IMG/VR virus record: IMGVR_UViG_3300025000_000023
DNA from: a virus
Strand: one strand, 5' to 3'
Length of the DNA: 52,287 nucleotides
A program made the position numbers and the translations under genes. Positions 43,917 to 52,287 of the stretch are shown here, piece by piece; the stretch's first letter is position 1; each line of letters begins with the position of its first letter. The notes below the pieces were generated by a model that worked only from the letters and a program-made list of their open reading frames with translations, was not told where the DNA came from and did not search any database.

Positions 43917-44851
43917 TGGCTATAACGAAACTAGTAAGTCCAAACACGTCAGTCCCTGTTGTAGAAGGCGATTGGGCTCTTGCCATGGCGCAGGTAACTG
44001 CGCTCAAGACAATCATGAGTGGCAATCAGATGGTGCTCACTCAATGGACGAACACCACGACTCTGCCAAAGCTTGCCAACGGTGCGTACATACATCATCT
44101 TGGTGCAGTATACAAGGTTGACACCGAGGACTTCACCATTGCGGCTCCAGCGGCTGATGGTACATATTACATACGTCTTGTCGATGACGGTGCTGACTCA
44201 TTGGATGTCGATTTTGTCACCGACATATCGGGATACTCATGGAATCCAGCATACAATGGCATGTACAACAGTACTTATCAAGTCCTTCCGTATCAGATAT
44301 CTGTGTCGGGTACTGTCACGGTATTCACCAAGCGCAAGATTCTGAACTTCCATCGGAGCACTGGATTCTTAACCGTGGACTATCTTGGAAACATCATCAC
44401 TGCCACTATACTTGGCACTGCTATTGTGTGCAACACTGTGGATACAGGACAGGGTGCAAATGAACTGTATGGAATGGATCAAGGCGTGAAGACTACTGAT
44501 AGTCCAAGTTTTGTAGCAGTAAGTGCTGGCTCCGGTGCATTTACTTCAGCAACAGTGGACTCACTGCCACCTACTTTGTTTGGTGGATATACAAATGCTG
44601 GAACTTTGTCTACTGGATATACAATATCTGCAATGAAACTTGGCGAAATTCGTGCCTATACTGTAGGCTTTACAAGTTCAGCTTACCTCATTGGAACACC
44701 AACGTCACCAGCAGACTCAAGATATTTTGTTATGTGTAAGTTTATAGATGGCGGTGTGACAACATACAAGAATGACCTTCTAGCTGAAAGCACTGCTATT
44801 TCATTTTCTGGAGCAGATGCTGTGTACGTTCTTATCATAAGGATACTATAG
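43916..44851 (+). CDS. Tail fibre-like protein
   Basis: 311 aa with Gly/Thr/Ser-rich beta-type composition. TGQGANELYGMDQGVKTTDSPSFV is a fibre-like motif. Confidence 0.45.
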   Translation: MAITKLVSPNTSVPVVEGDWALAMAQVTALKTIMSGNQMVLTQWTNTTTLPKLANGAYIHHLGAVYKVDTEDFTIAAPAADGTYYIRLVDDGADSLDVDFVTDISGYSWNPAYNGMYNSTYQVLPYQISVSGTVTVFTKRKILNFHRSTGFLTVDYLGNIITATILGTAIVCNTVDTGQGANELYGMDQGVKTTDSPSFVAVSAGSGAFTSATVDSLPPTLFGGYTNAGTLSTGYTISAMKLGEIRAYTVGFTSSAYLIGTPTSPADSRYFVMCKFIDGGVTTYKNDLLAESTAISFSGADAVYVLIIRIL

Positions 44852-45088
44852 ATGAGAAAAGCATTGTGCATTCTTATGCTAATTCTTTTGTCCTCATGTT
44901 CTCTGGTTGGAACTGTCAATATTGCTTCATCTGATTTGTTTATTGTTGATGGTCAAATGCATAACGAGGTATTAGTACTACTCCCTGTTTATGTATTCAA
45001 TCCAAATGGTTATAGTATAATTGTATACTGTGACAATAGACCTATCTTAATAAGTGCGTATAATCATGTTTTTTTAAGAAGGAACTAG
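44852..45088 (+). CDS. Small lipoprotein (moron) inside the tail-fibre cluster
   Basis: The signal peptide MRKALCILMLILLSSC carries a lipobox (LSSC). My hand count gives about 32% G+C, visibly lower than the flanking genes. Confidence 0.7.
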   Translation: MRKALCILMLILLSSCSLVGTVNIASSDLFIVDGQMHNEVLVLLPVYVFNPNGYSIIVYCDNRPILISAYNHVFLRRN

Positions 45089-45090
45089 TA

Positions 45091-48066
45091 GTGTTAATAT
45101 TCGAGTACACACGCCGCATGGACTTACAGCCAACAGACCTCATCAACCATGCCCCTCTCATTTGGAGATGGACGAATCCTGCATTGGTTGTGGCTGACTT
45201 CTATAGTGTGACTTTTGGTGCGTTGCTCGATGTGTCACCTGCGAACCGCTATATCTTCGTGGACGCCAAAGTTGGAACGAGATTCCTTGCGAACGTGTAC
45301 ACATATGCAGACCTGCTCCTTGTTCCGTACAGCTTCTATTGGGACAGGACGAATCAGATTGGCTATTTCCATTTCCCCTATGATGTGCACCCCTTCACCT
45401 TTCCAAGCATGTCGCTCTCACGTGTGTATGGTGCAACGGACGAAGAAGCCATTGTATTCGATGGCATTCTCTATCCTACCATACTTCTCAGCAAGCCTGT
45501 CATACGGCGAGAGGTCGAGCCTGTTGTGTATCAGAAGCTCGCCACACAGAGCCTCAGCGTGCAGTTGCGTAACGACATGGTGTACACTATAGACTCCGTG
45601 ACGAACAAGCCTATTCTCAGTCATCGTTTTGATGACCTCTCGGACATCACAGGGCAGACCACCTATTGGAAGTATGGTGCTGATGGGTGCACATACGAGC
45701 AGTTGAAGGTGTTGCACAAGGGAATCATTGTTGACTATGACTTGAAGCCAAATGATGTCACGTTCGAGTGTGATGACAAGCGCACCATGCAGGATGCGGA
45801 ATGGCCTACCTACACCTATCAGAACGCTGGATATGACGAGGCAGACGTTGAGGAAGGAAAGTTCACGGAACCTATTCCTGACGGATACGGCCCTCATGTC
45901 AACATGCCGTGTGTCTGTGTGAACAGGACGAAGTGTGTTCTGGAGTTTGACGAAGATGACGTTATTGTCAACATGCCAGCAAGCAGAGTTCCATATGACT
46001 TGCTTACATGGTCGAACAGTGGATTCAGCACGTTCATCAAGTCCAATGTCACGATTGGTGGATTTCCTTACTTCTTCGCGCAGAAGGCCGCCGCAACAGC
46101 GAATACTGGAAACATTGTCAAAACATTCCGTGCAACGAATCCTACTCAGAAGTTCAGTGGATACGTCATGCGTGGAACGCAGGGTGGAGTCACACGGCTT
46201 GAGCTGTACAACGCCACGGCAACTGTGTCTCTCGCACACCTTGATATCGACATGGGTGCTGAGACCTTTGTGTCAAACTATGGTGGCTTGGAGAATGTGC
46301 GTGTCAAGTTCATCAAGAACGATGGCTCGAATGTGCAGTGCTATTACAGCTTTGAGTACACGGCGTTTGACATTACCATTGACAATGTGTTTGCAGTATG
46401 GGCTGACACTTCCGCAACGGCTTCCTATGGGTACTTCGCTGGAATCAAGATAACCGATGCTGACTACGCCACATACCGAGTCGCACGCACTGTCACCGCT
46501 GATGGACTGCATCTGTATAAAGAGGAAGACGATAAGCTGGTCGAGCTCACCAACATCATTGATATTGACGAAGAGAACGGAACTGTCAGCATACACGATG
46601 TGGATGCGCATGCTGATGGCTCATTGTCTGACGATTTGGTCGAGTTGTTCTGCACTGCAAATCTTCGCATGCTTGAGGACGAGGCGACTTTGCATTCGTT
46701 GTCGTTTGACGGAACGGATGACCATATTGAGCTTGGAGAACTTCCTGAGCAGACCGATGCTCCGATATCGTTCAGTGCCATGATAAAATGGGGTGGCCAA
46801 ACAACGCCAGAGTCAGGCATTTGGGGCTATACAAATGCAGGTGGCACGAACTGCCATTTTGAGATACGCTCTGATGGCATGAGGCTTCGCCTTGGAACAT
46901 TGAACAAGATTGGAATGACATCCCCTCCTGTCAATGAGTGGTGCAAGGTTGCTTTTGAGTATGATGGCAGTGTGATGAATTATTACCTGAATGACGTGCT
47001 TGAAGGCACGCTGACAGCGGCTACTGGTGCTATTCTTGGAACAATCGAGCATCATCTTGTAGGCGCAAGTCAGACAGCCGCACCATTTCAAAGGCCGTTC
47101 GATGGACTCATCCGTGAGGTGTACATCAACGCCATGCACTATCCGTTTGACGAGGCCGCTGGAACAGAGGTGTTCGACACCACCAACACTGGTGACATCG
47201 GGACGATTGACGGTGCTGTCTGGTACTACGAGGACATTCTCGTGGAGAACTCGAACGCATTCAATGTCATCGCAGACCTGAACTATCAAGTGCTCGGACT
47301 GCCATATATCGACAGCATGTACCACATAGCCTTGTGCGAGGCTGAGAAGGCCAAACTGTCTGACATATCGCTGTACAAGAACGGCAAGCAGTCAGTGTCA
47401 TCCATCATAGAGGAAATACAGAACGGAAGTGTCATTGGATTCAGGTATGACGACATAGACAAAATCTACATCATGTGTGATGACCCGAACCGTGTGAAGG
47501 CCATGGATATCCTCAGCCACATGATACTGAACAAGGCTGACCTGAGTATCAGGGGCAACATGACATTGTACGCTGACAGGGTTTCGGTTGCATACGGAAA
47601 TGACGGATGGAAGAAGATTGATGCAACTTATACGAATGATACGTACTCAAACGATGTGCTGTTGCGATACAACTATGAGCGACCGAAGGACTTCCCCTCA
47701 CTGTTGTTATTGGAATCCGATGCAATCAACAAGAGCATTGTGTTGCTTGAGGACTTGAGTGTGACGAGGCCGCTTGTGAACGTGCATTTGCACGGTCTTG
47801 ATTTGTTGGACGTTCTCGACCTGTACAGCATTGTGACCGCCGACCTGACTCTTCGAAACAGGCCGTATGTCGGTACGTTGCGCATGCAGGTCATCGGTAT
47901 TGAAGTGGACACCAAGTTCGAGTTCATATATCTTACGCTACGCCAGAGGGACTATTCGGACTTGGTTGCTGGAATCATAGACTCGTATGGAACGGCGTTC
48001 GTCATAGGTCACGAGACTATCGTTATTGGAAGCGGTGAGACCGCTATCGGCACAAAGGAGACATAA
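45091..48066 (+). CDS. Large tail tip/baseplate protein with LamG (concanavalin-like) domain
   Basis: GTG start behind AAGGAA. The 991-aa product contains LSFDGTDDHIELGE...ISFSAMIKWGG...WCKVAFEYDG, a LamG-like pattern. Confidence 0.6.
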   Translation: MLIFEYTRRMDLQPTDLINHAPLIWRWTNPALVVADFYSVTFGALLDVSPANRYIFVDAKVGTRFLANVYTYADLLLVPYSFYWDRTNQIGYFHFPYDVHPFTFPSMSLSRVYGATDEEAIVFDGILYPTILLSKPVIRREVEPVVYQKLATQSLSVQLRNDMVYTIDSVTNKPILSHRFDDLSDITGQTTYWKYGADGCTYEQLKVLHKGIIVDYDLKPNDVTFECDDKRTMQDAEWPTYTYQNAGYDEADVEEGKFTEPIPDGYGPHVNMPCVCVNRTKCVLEFDEDDVIVNMPASRVPYDLLTWSNSGFSTFIKSNVTIGGFPYFFAQKAAATANTGNIVKTFRATNPTQKFSGYVMRGTQGGVTRLELYNATATVSLAHLDIDMGAETFVSNYGGLENVRVKFIKNDGSNVQCYYSFEYTAFDITIDNVFAVWADTSATASYGYFAGIKITDADYATYRVARTVTADGLHLYKEEDDKLVELTNIIDIDEENGTVSIHDVDAHADGSLSDDLVELFCTANLRMLEDEATLHSLSFDGTDDHIELGELPEQTDAPISFSAMIKWGGQTTPESGIWGYTNAGGTNCHFEIRSDGMRLRLGTLNKIGMTSPPVNEWCKVAFEYDGSVMNYYLNDVLEGTLTAATGAILGTIEHHLVGASQTAAPFQRPFDGLIREVYINAMHYPFDEAAGTEVFDTTNTGDIGTIDGAVWYYEDILVENSNAFNVIADLNYQVLGLPYIDSMYHIALCEAEKAKLSDISLYKNGKQSVSSIIEEIQNGSVIGFRYDDIDKIYIMCDDPNRVKAMDILSHMILNKADLSIRGNMTLYADRVSVAYGNDGWKKIDATYTNDTYSNDVLLRYNYERPKDFPSLLLLESDAINKSIVLLEDLSVTRPLVNVHLHGLDLLDVLDLYSIVTADLTLRNRPYVGTLRMQVIGIEVDTKFEFIYLTLRQRDYSDLVAGIIDSYGTAFVIGHETIVIGSGETAIGTKET

Positions 48067-48067
48067 G

Positions 48068-51000
48068 ATGCCTAGATATTTGACCACTGCTGACATCAAG
48101 AAAATAAGCGAGCTCACGGAAGCAACGGATGCCGCTGGCTCTTGGATGGTGTCCATAGATGATGGCACGAATCCTGTAAAATACATAACTCTTACGAATC
48201 TTATGAAGCTCCTTGTTCCGTATAGCGGTGCTGTCACCGACCTGTTGATGGGGGCACACGATGTTACAGCCATGCGCATGAGCATGACGGAAATCTTTCT
48301 GTCAACTACGCCACCCGCTGTGATACCCACCACGAAAGGCGCATGCTATTGGGATGCAGATGCCGACACATGGAGCCTCGTGCTTTCCGATGGTGTTGTG
48401 TTGCAACTTGGTGAGGAGAACTACACACGCTGTGCACGTGATTCTGCCGCGCCTAATCCTATTGTGAATGGCACGCCTGTATACATCACTGGTGAGTCTG
48501 GCCAGAGACCGAAAGTTGATGTCGCTCGTGCTGACGATATTACAAAGATGCACGTTGCTGGCGTATCTACACACGACATCGCGAATCTCGGTCGTATCAC
48601 CACATTCGGATTGGTGCGTGCCATTCCTCAGACGGTGTTCCCTGCTGGCGAGTCTTGGGTGGCTGGTGACAAACTGTGGCTTGCTCCCACTGGTGGCATG
48701 ACCAATGTTGAGCCAGCGGCTCCTACCCCGAATGTGCAGGTCGGGCTTGTGCTGAACGTCACTGGCTCCGCAACTTTTGATATGCTGGTATGTGTCGTTC
48801 AGGCACAAGGCTTGTACAGTCTGTATGACGTGAACGGCGATGCACCCGATACCACGAACCAGATGCTTGTGTGGAACAACACTCTGTCCTACTGGACGAA
48901 GAGCGATGCTCTCATCACGTTGCTCAGTAACTCCTCAGTTGCTGGTTCGATATTGAACCTCATCAAGCTCAATGCTCAGAACGCAGACTATGACCATGCT
49001 GTGTCTGGCCTTTCCGCTGTGACACTCAAGACCGCCATTGACGAGCTCGATGGGTTTATTGACACATTGAAGGCAAGTGTATCCACGTCTGGTTCTGTCC
49101 TCAAGTCCATCAAGGACAATGCCAAGGATGCCACGTTCACGCCTATCGGGACTATCGCCGCAACCGATATCAAAGGTGCAATCGCAGAGGTCTCCGGTGA
49201 CGTTGAGCAAACCAAACTCGACCTCCTCGACCTCCGCACCGAAACCGAACACGAAATCCTCCAAATCCAGACTCAAGCTGACACCGTTGCAAAATCCGTG
49301 GTTGACGCAAGTGAGATATTCAACCTCGGCTCACCGAATGTCCTGGGCGTGGGGGTAGCAAGTAATTTTGACACCGCAGTTTCGGTCACGGCTCAGGACG
49401 GGGCGATGGAAGCTACGTTGGAGGGGAAGACGGGGACGAATGAAGGCACAAACCTTTCATTTGAAAATAGCCTCACAGGATGGACGGACGTTTCAGGTGG
49501 TGGTGGATATGCTAGCACACAATCTACTGAGCAAAAACTTGACGGAGCGAACTCTTTAAAAATTGCCTATGCGAACATTTCCGGCTACCGTTGGCAACAA
49601 TTTACCATTCCATCCGGCTCGGTGGCATTCATATCTGTATGGGCATACTTGTCTGCTTTTACAAGCGGGACCTCCATAGGGTTGATTGTACGCAATGCTG
49701 AAAACAACTCAACAATAGCGTCAAGCTATGTAAACACAGCTACGGTGGGGGCATGGCAACGCCTTAGCGTGATAATAGCCGCACCTTCAGCTAATTTAAT
49801 TGTTAGGCTTGGTACTGTATCAACAGTGACATTGACAATTTATTTTGATGCTGTCCAGTTCATCAACCTCACCTCCCTCGGTCTCGCCACATTATTGAAC
49901 ACCGCCGCCAAAGCGCAAGCCTACTTCTCCAACTACCACCCCGCCACGTTGGGGGTTGGGGAGATGCGCTATAGGACGGTGGGGAAGAATTTGTGCCCAA
50001 CTGATATAAATGAGTGGGAGCAAGGAACGGTCAACGCACTTACCGGAGTTGCGTCTGCAAGCACCACCAGCATCAGGACGAAAAAATATCATCGCATTCT
50101 GTCTAGCGTAATAGTTTCTCCGAGCCAAAAGGTTGGCAGTGGGCTTACGTTGTATGCTATATTCTTTGATGAAAATCTTAATTATGTTTCTTACACAATT
50201 ACTACGAACTACACAATCCCATCAAATGCACGATTTGTACGTTATAGATTATCATCAGCTACGGCTATCACCACAACAGTAGTTTTGACCGGAGAGCCCC
50301 AACTCGAACTCGGCTCCACCGCCACCACCTACGAAGCCTACAAAGACTCCACCGCTTGGACTCCCGAAATCGGGAACCGGTTGCCGAATGCCGTGCATGA
50401 CGAATATGACGTTGGCACAGGAATAGGTACGCAGAATGTATTTCCTAATTATGTGTTGCAGAGTGCGGATATTACCGATGTTCTCACAAACGGTTCAAAT
50501 GCTGTCATTGTAAGCACTCGTGAGTTTAGTGATTTGGTGGCTGGTAATTTGAATCGTGAAGTATACTCAGCGTCTTACGGATATCAAACAAATTATGTCG
50601 CCGCTGATAATGCTGATAATATTGGTAAATTGTATGTTTTCACTGGAAATAAATATATCCGGTTTGGGCTACCAGTCGGAACTACTCTCGCTCAAGCTCG
50701 TACCGCCCTCGCTGGCACAGTAATTTATTATCAACTCGCCACCCCCATCACCACCCAATACGACCCCCAATCCCTCCAATCCTTCCTCGGTGGCTCCATG
50801 TACCTCACCAACGGCAAGCGTGACGGGATGGTGTACGCATCGGGGCTTACCTTCCTGTACGATGTGCTGAGCGTTGACTTGCTGTACAAGTTTAGCGGTG
50901 GGGTAAAAGTGCCTATCACCAACGCCACGATATCGGGCAAGGTGGTGTCCTCCGTGTCCCTCGCTGACGGCGATATCTGCTACATCGAAGTCACGTTCAA

Positions 51001-51295
51001 AACCGACCAGAGCCTGTTGCCAGTGGCCAAGACGAAAGTGCCGTACAAGAATCTACGCACTGAGATTGACTCACTGAACACCCCTTCAACCACCTCCACG
51101 GCTCTCGGCTATGAAACCATTGTAGACGTTGCCAGCGGTGCGACTGCAACATTGCCAGCAGGGGGCACGTTCAGATGGGAAGTTTACGGATATGGTGCGA
51201 ACATCGGCGGTGCGAAGAGGGGAACAGCATCGGGCGGGGCAACGCTGACGATGGCAGGGGCAAACGGAAGCCTCTGGTATAGAAGACTGAGTTAG
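48068..51295 (+). CDS. Receptor-binding tail fibre with CBM-like jelly-roll domains
   Basis: AGGAGA RBS precedes ATG 48068. NLSFENSLTGWTD...YFDAVQF is CBM4_9-like. The fibre motifs LELGSTATTYEAY and YYQLATP are present. Confidence 0.7.
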   Translation: MPRYLTTADIKKISELTEATDAAGSWMVSIDDGTNPVKYITLTNLMKLLVPYSGAVTDLLMGAHDVTAMRMSMTEIFLSTTPPAVIPTTKGACYWDADADTWSLVLSDGVVLQLGEENYTRCARDSAAPNPIVNGTPVYITGESGQRPKVDVARADDITKMHVAGVSTHDIANLGRITTFGLVRAIPQTVFPAGESWVAGDKLWLAPTGGMTNVEPAAPTPNVQVGLVLNVTGSATFDMLVCVVQAQGLYSLYDVNGDAPDTTNQMLVWNNTLSYWTKSDALITLLSNSSVAGSILNLIKLNAQNADYDHAVSGLSAVTLKTAIDELDGFIDTLKASVSTSGSVLKSIKDNAKDATFTPIGTIAATDIKGAIAEVSGDVEQTKLDLLDLRTETEHEILQIQTQADTVAKSVVDASEIFNLGSPNVLGVGVASNFDTAVSVTAQDGAMEATLEGKTGTNEGTNLSFENSLTGWTDVSGGGGYASTQSTEQKLDGANSLKIAYANISGYRWQQFTIPSGSVAFISVWAYLSAFTSGTSIGLIVRNAENNSTIASSYVNTATVGAWQRLSVIIAAPSANLIVRLGTVSTVTLTIYFDAVQFINLTSLGLATLLNTAAKAQAYFSNYHPATLGVGEMRYRTVGKNLCPTDINEWEQGTVNALTGVASASTTSIRTKKYHRILSSVIVSPSQKVGSGLTLYAIFFDENLNYVSYTITTNYTIPSNARFVRYRLSSATAITTTVVLTGEPQLELGSTATTYEAYKDSTAWTPEIGNRLPNAVHDEYDVGTGIGTQNVFPNYVLQSADITDVLTNGSNAVIVSTREFSDLVAGNLNREVYSASYGYQTNYVAADNADNIGKLYVFTGNKYIRFGLPVGTTLAQARTALAGTVIYYQLATPITTQYDPQSLQSFLGGSMYLTNGKRDGMVYASGLTFLYDVLSVDLLYKFSGGVKVPITNATISGKVVSSVSLADGDICYIEVTFKTDQSLLPVAKTKVPYKNLRTEIDSLNTPSTTSTALGYETIVDVASGATATLPAGGTFRWEVYGYGANIGGAKRGTASGGATLTMAGANGSLWYRRLS

Positions 51296-51304
51296 GAGGA
51301 CATT

Positions 51305-51448
51305 ATGGACGATATAGCAATCAGGGAGATGACAATCAAGGCACTCATAGCGCACGGGCAATTGACGGACGAGGCCCTGCACGAGATTCTGGGCGAGGGG
51401 CTGAAGTGGGATGGGGAGAGGGTTGTGGAAAATGTTAGTACCGATTGA
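51305..51448 (+). CDS. Possible small protein (47 aa)
   Basis: The RBS is AGGAGGACATT-ATG; I translated it by hand. Confidence 0.4.
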   Translation: MDDIAIREMTIKALIAHGQLTDEALHEILGEGLKWDGERVVENVSTD

Positions 51449-51659
51449 CAAGCAACTCCATTTCCTCTACTCCTTCGCAATCTTGGTCTGTGTCACGGCA
51501 TTCACCAAGAACATCCATCTAGGATACCTCACGGCTCTTGCATTTGGCATTGGGAAGGAATGGCACGACAGTAGGCAGAAAGGGAACTATTGGTCATGGG
51601 GTGATTTGGTGGCTGATGTGCTGGGTATCCTAACAGGTATTATTATAAGAGGTGTATGA
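51432..51659 (+). CDS. Small multi-TM membrane protein; holin-like candidate
   Basis: The product MLVPIDKQLHFLYSFAILVCVTAF...LTALAFGIG...LVADVLGILTGIII has three hydrophobic segments. Confidence 0.45.
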   Translation: MLVPIDKQLHFLYSFAILVCVTAFTKNIHLGYLTALAFGIGKEWHDSRQKGNYWSWGDLVADVLGILTGIIIRGV

Positions 51660-52287
51660 TGGAAGTATATCAATTCGTGCTCGACAATATCTCAAAGCTT
51701 AGGCAGATGCTGTTTCGCAAGGCTGGTGGACAGATAGGTGACGGTACGAACTATACCGAGTTTGAGTCCACTGGGTTTGCAAAGGCTGTTGGTGATGCAT
51801 GTGCATATGATGATATTGTGATACGTGCTATAAATTTGAGAGCAGGTGCAACTCCACCAGCATATAACACGTTCCAAGACAGTATTCAAGGTGTGGCCTT
51901 TGAGAATCTTGCGTCAGATATAGTGTATGGCTCGTTTGAGATTCCACACACTTACAAGGAAGGCTCTGATTTGGAAGTGCACCTGCACTGGTCTCCGTCT
52001 TCAACGAACACAGGTCGTTGTGACTGGGTGATGAAATACACCTATGCAAACATGAATGGTGTATTTGGTGCTGAGGAGACACTTACATTCCAGCAGGAAG
52101 GTTCAGGTGTGGTAAATAAGAACCAGTATGTGAGTGCGAATGTATTCATTGACGGTACTGCAAAGGCATTGAAGATTGGTGCAGTGTTCTTGTTTGCGCT
52201 CTCTCGTCCTACAGGTGATGCATTCACTGGTGATGCGTTTTTACATGAAGTCGGAGTACACTACCAAAGGGACACACTAGGTAGCCG
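51656..52287 (+). CDS. Hypothetical beta-rich protein; the CDS runs off the window end and finishes at 146 after circularisation (216 aa in total)
   Basis: The ATGATG start overlaps the upstream stop and the frame stays open to the window end. Motifs include FEIPHTYKEGSDLEVHLHWSP and GVHYQRDTLGS. It is absent from the ORF track because there is no in-window stop. Confidence 0.6.
   Translation, partial: MMEVYQFVLDNISKLRQMLFRKAGGQIGDGTNYTEFESTGFAKAVGDACAYDDIVIRAINLRAGATPPAYNTFQDSIQGVAFENLASDIVYGSFEIPHTYKEGSDLEVHLHWSPSSTNTGRCDWVMKYTYANMNGVFGAEETLTFQQEGSGVVNKNQYVSANVFIDGTAKALKIGAVFLFALSRPTGDAFTGDAFLHEVGVHYQRDTLGS
52161..52287. repeat. Terminal direct repeat; identical to 1-127
   Basis: Read directly. 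Confidence 0.95.

Noticed and set aside
1-52287. A lysogeny module, diversity-generating retroelement, or DNA-modification enzymes.
   Set aside because: I recognised no integrase, recombinase, CI-like repressor pair, reverse transcriptase or methyltransferase motif in any frame. This is absence of evidence from reading alone, not proof of absence.

Overview
The window is one complete tailed-phage (siphovirus-like) genome. Bases 1-127 are identical to 52161-52287 and the repeat sits inside a CDS, so the unique length is about 52,160 bp and the linear ends are arbitrary.

The genome has two arms that diverge from a roughly 1-kb non-coding control region at 26.9-27.9 kb.
- The + strand arm runs from 27.9 kb, through the window end, to 1.27 kb. 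In order it carries: a small-terminase candidate, large terminase, portal, a protease/scaffold-like protein, a head-decoration-like protein, major capsid, head-tail connectors, major tail protein, chaperone, a 1449-aa tape measure, Dit-like and fibre-like tail proteins, an AT-rich lipoprotein moron, a 991-aa LamG-containing tail protein, a 1076-aa CBM-like receptor-binding fibre, then a lysis cassette of small membrane proteins plus an overlapping spanin-like pair.
- The - strand arm runs from 26.8 kb down to 1.3 kb and carries early and replication genes: family-A DNA polymerase, AEP prim-pol primase, SF1 helicase, SNF2 helicase, VRR-NUC and PD-(D/E)xK nucleases, ThyX, a DUF5664-type dNTP pyrophosphohydrolase, a MazG-like protein, YopX, and many small Cys-rich or ORFan genes.

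I recognised no integrase, repressor, reverse transcriptase or CRISPR array. Strong AGGAG-type ribosome-binding sites and the spanin-like pair suggest a diderm host that uses Shine-Dalgarno sequences; I cannot name the host.

The most unusual items are:
1. Two paralogous tRNA-shaped genes with canonical acceptor, D and T arms whose anticodon region carries about 72 and 101 extra nucleotides, with sequence blocks shared between the two inserts.
2. A roughly 1-kb non-coding island (23.5-24.5 kb) with inverted clusters of GTGGCGTGCA-type repeats flanking an AT-rich core that carries phased TGTGACA repeats.
3. Nine perfect 15-bp tandem repeats inside the early operon.
4. A compositionally mosaic receptor-binding gene next to the AT-rich lipoprotein moron.
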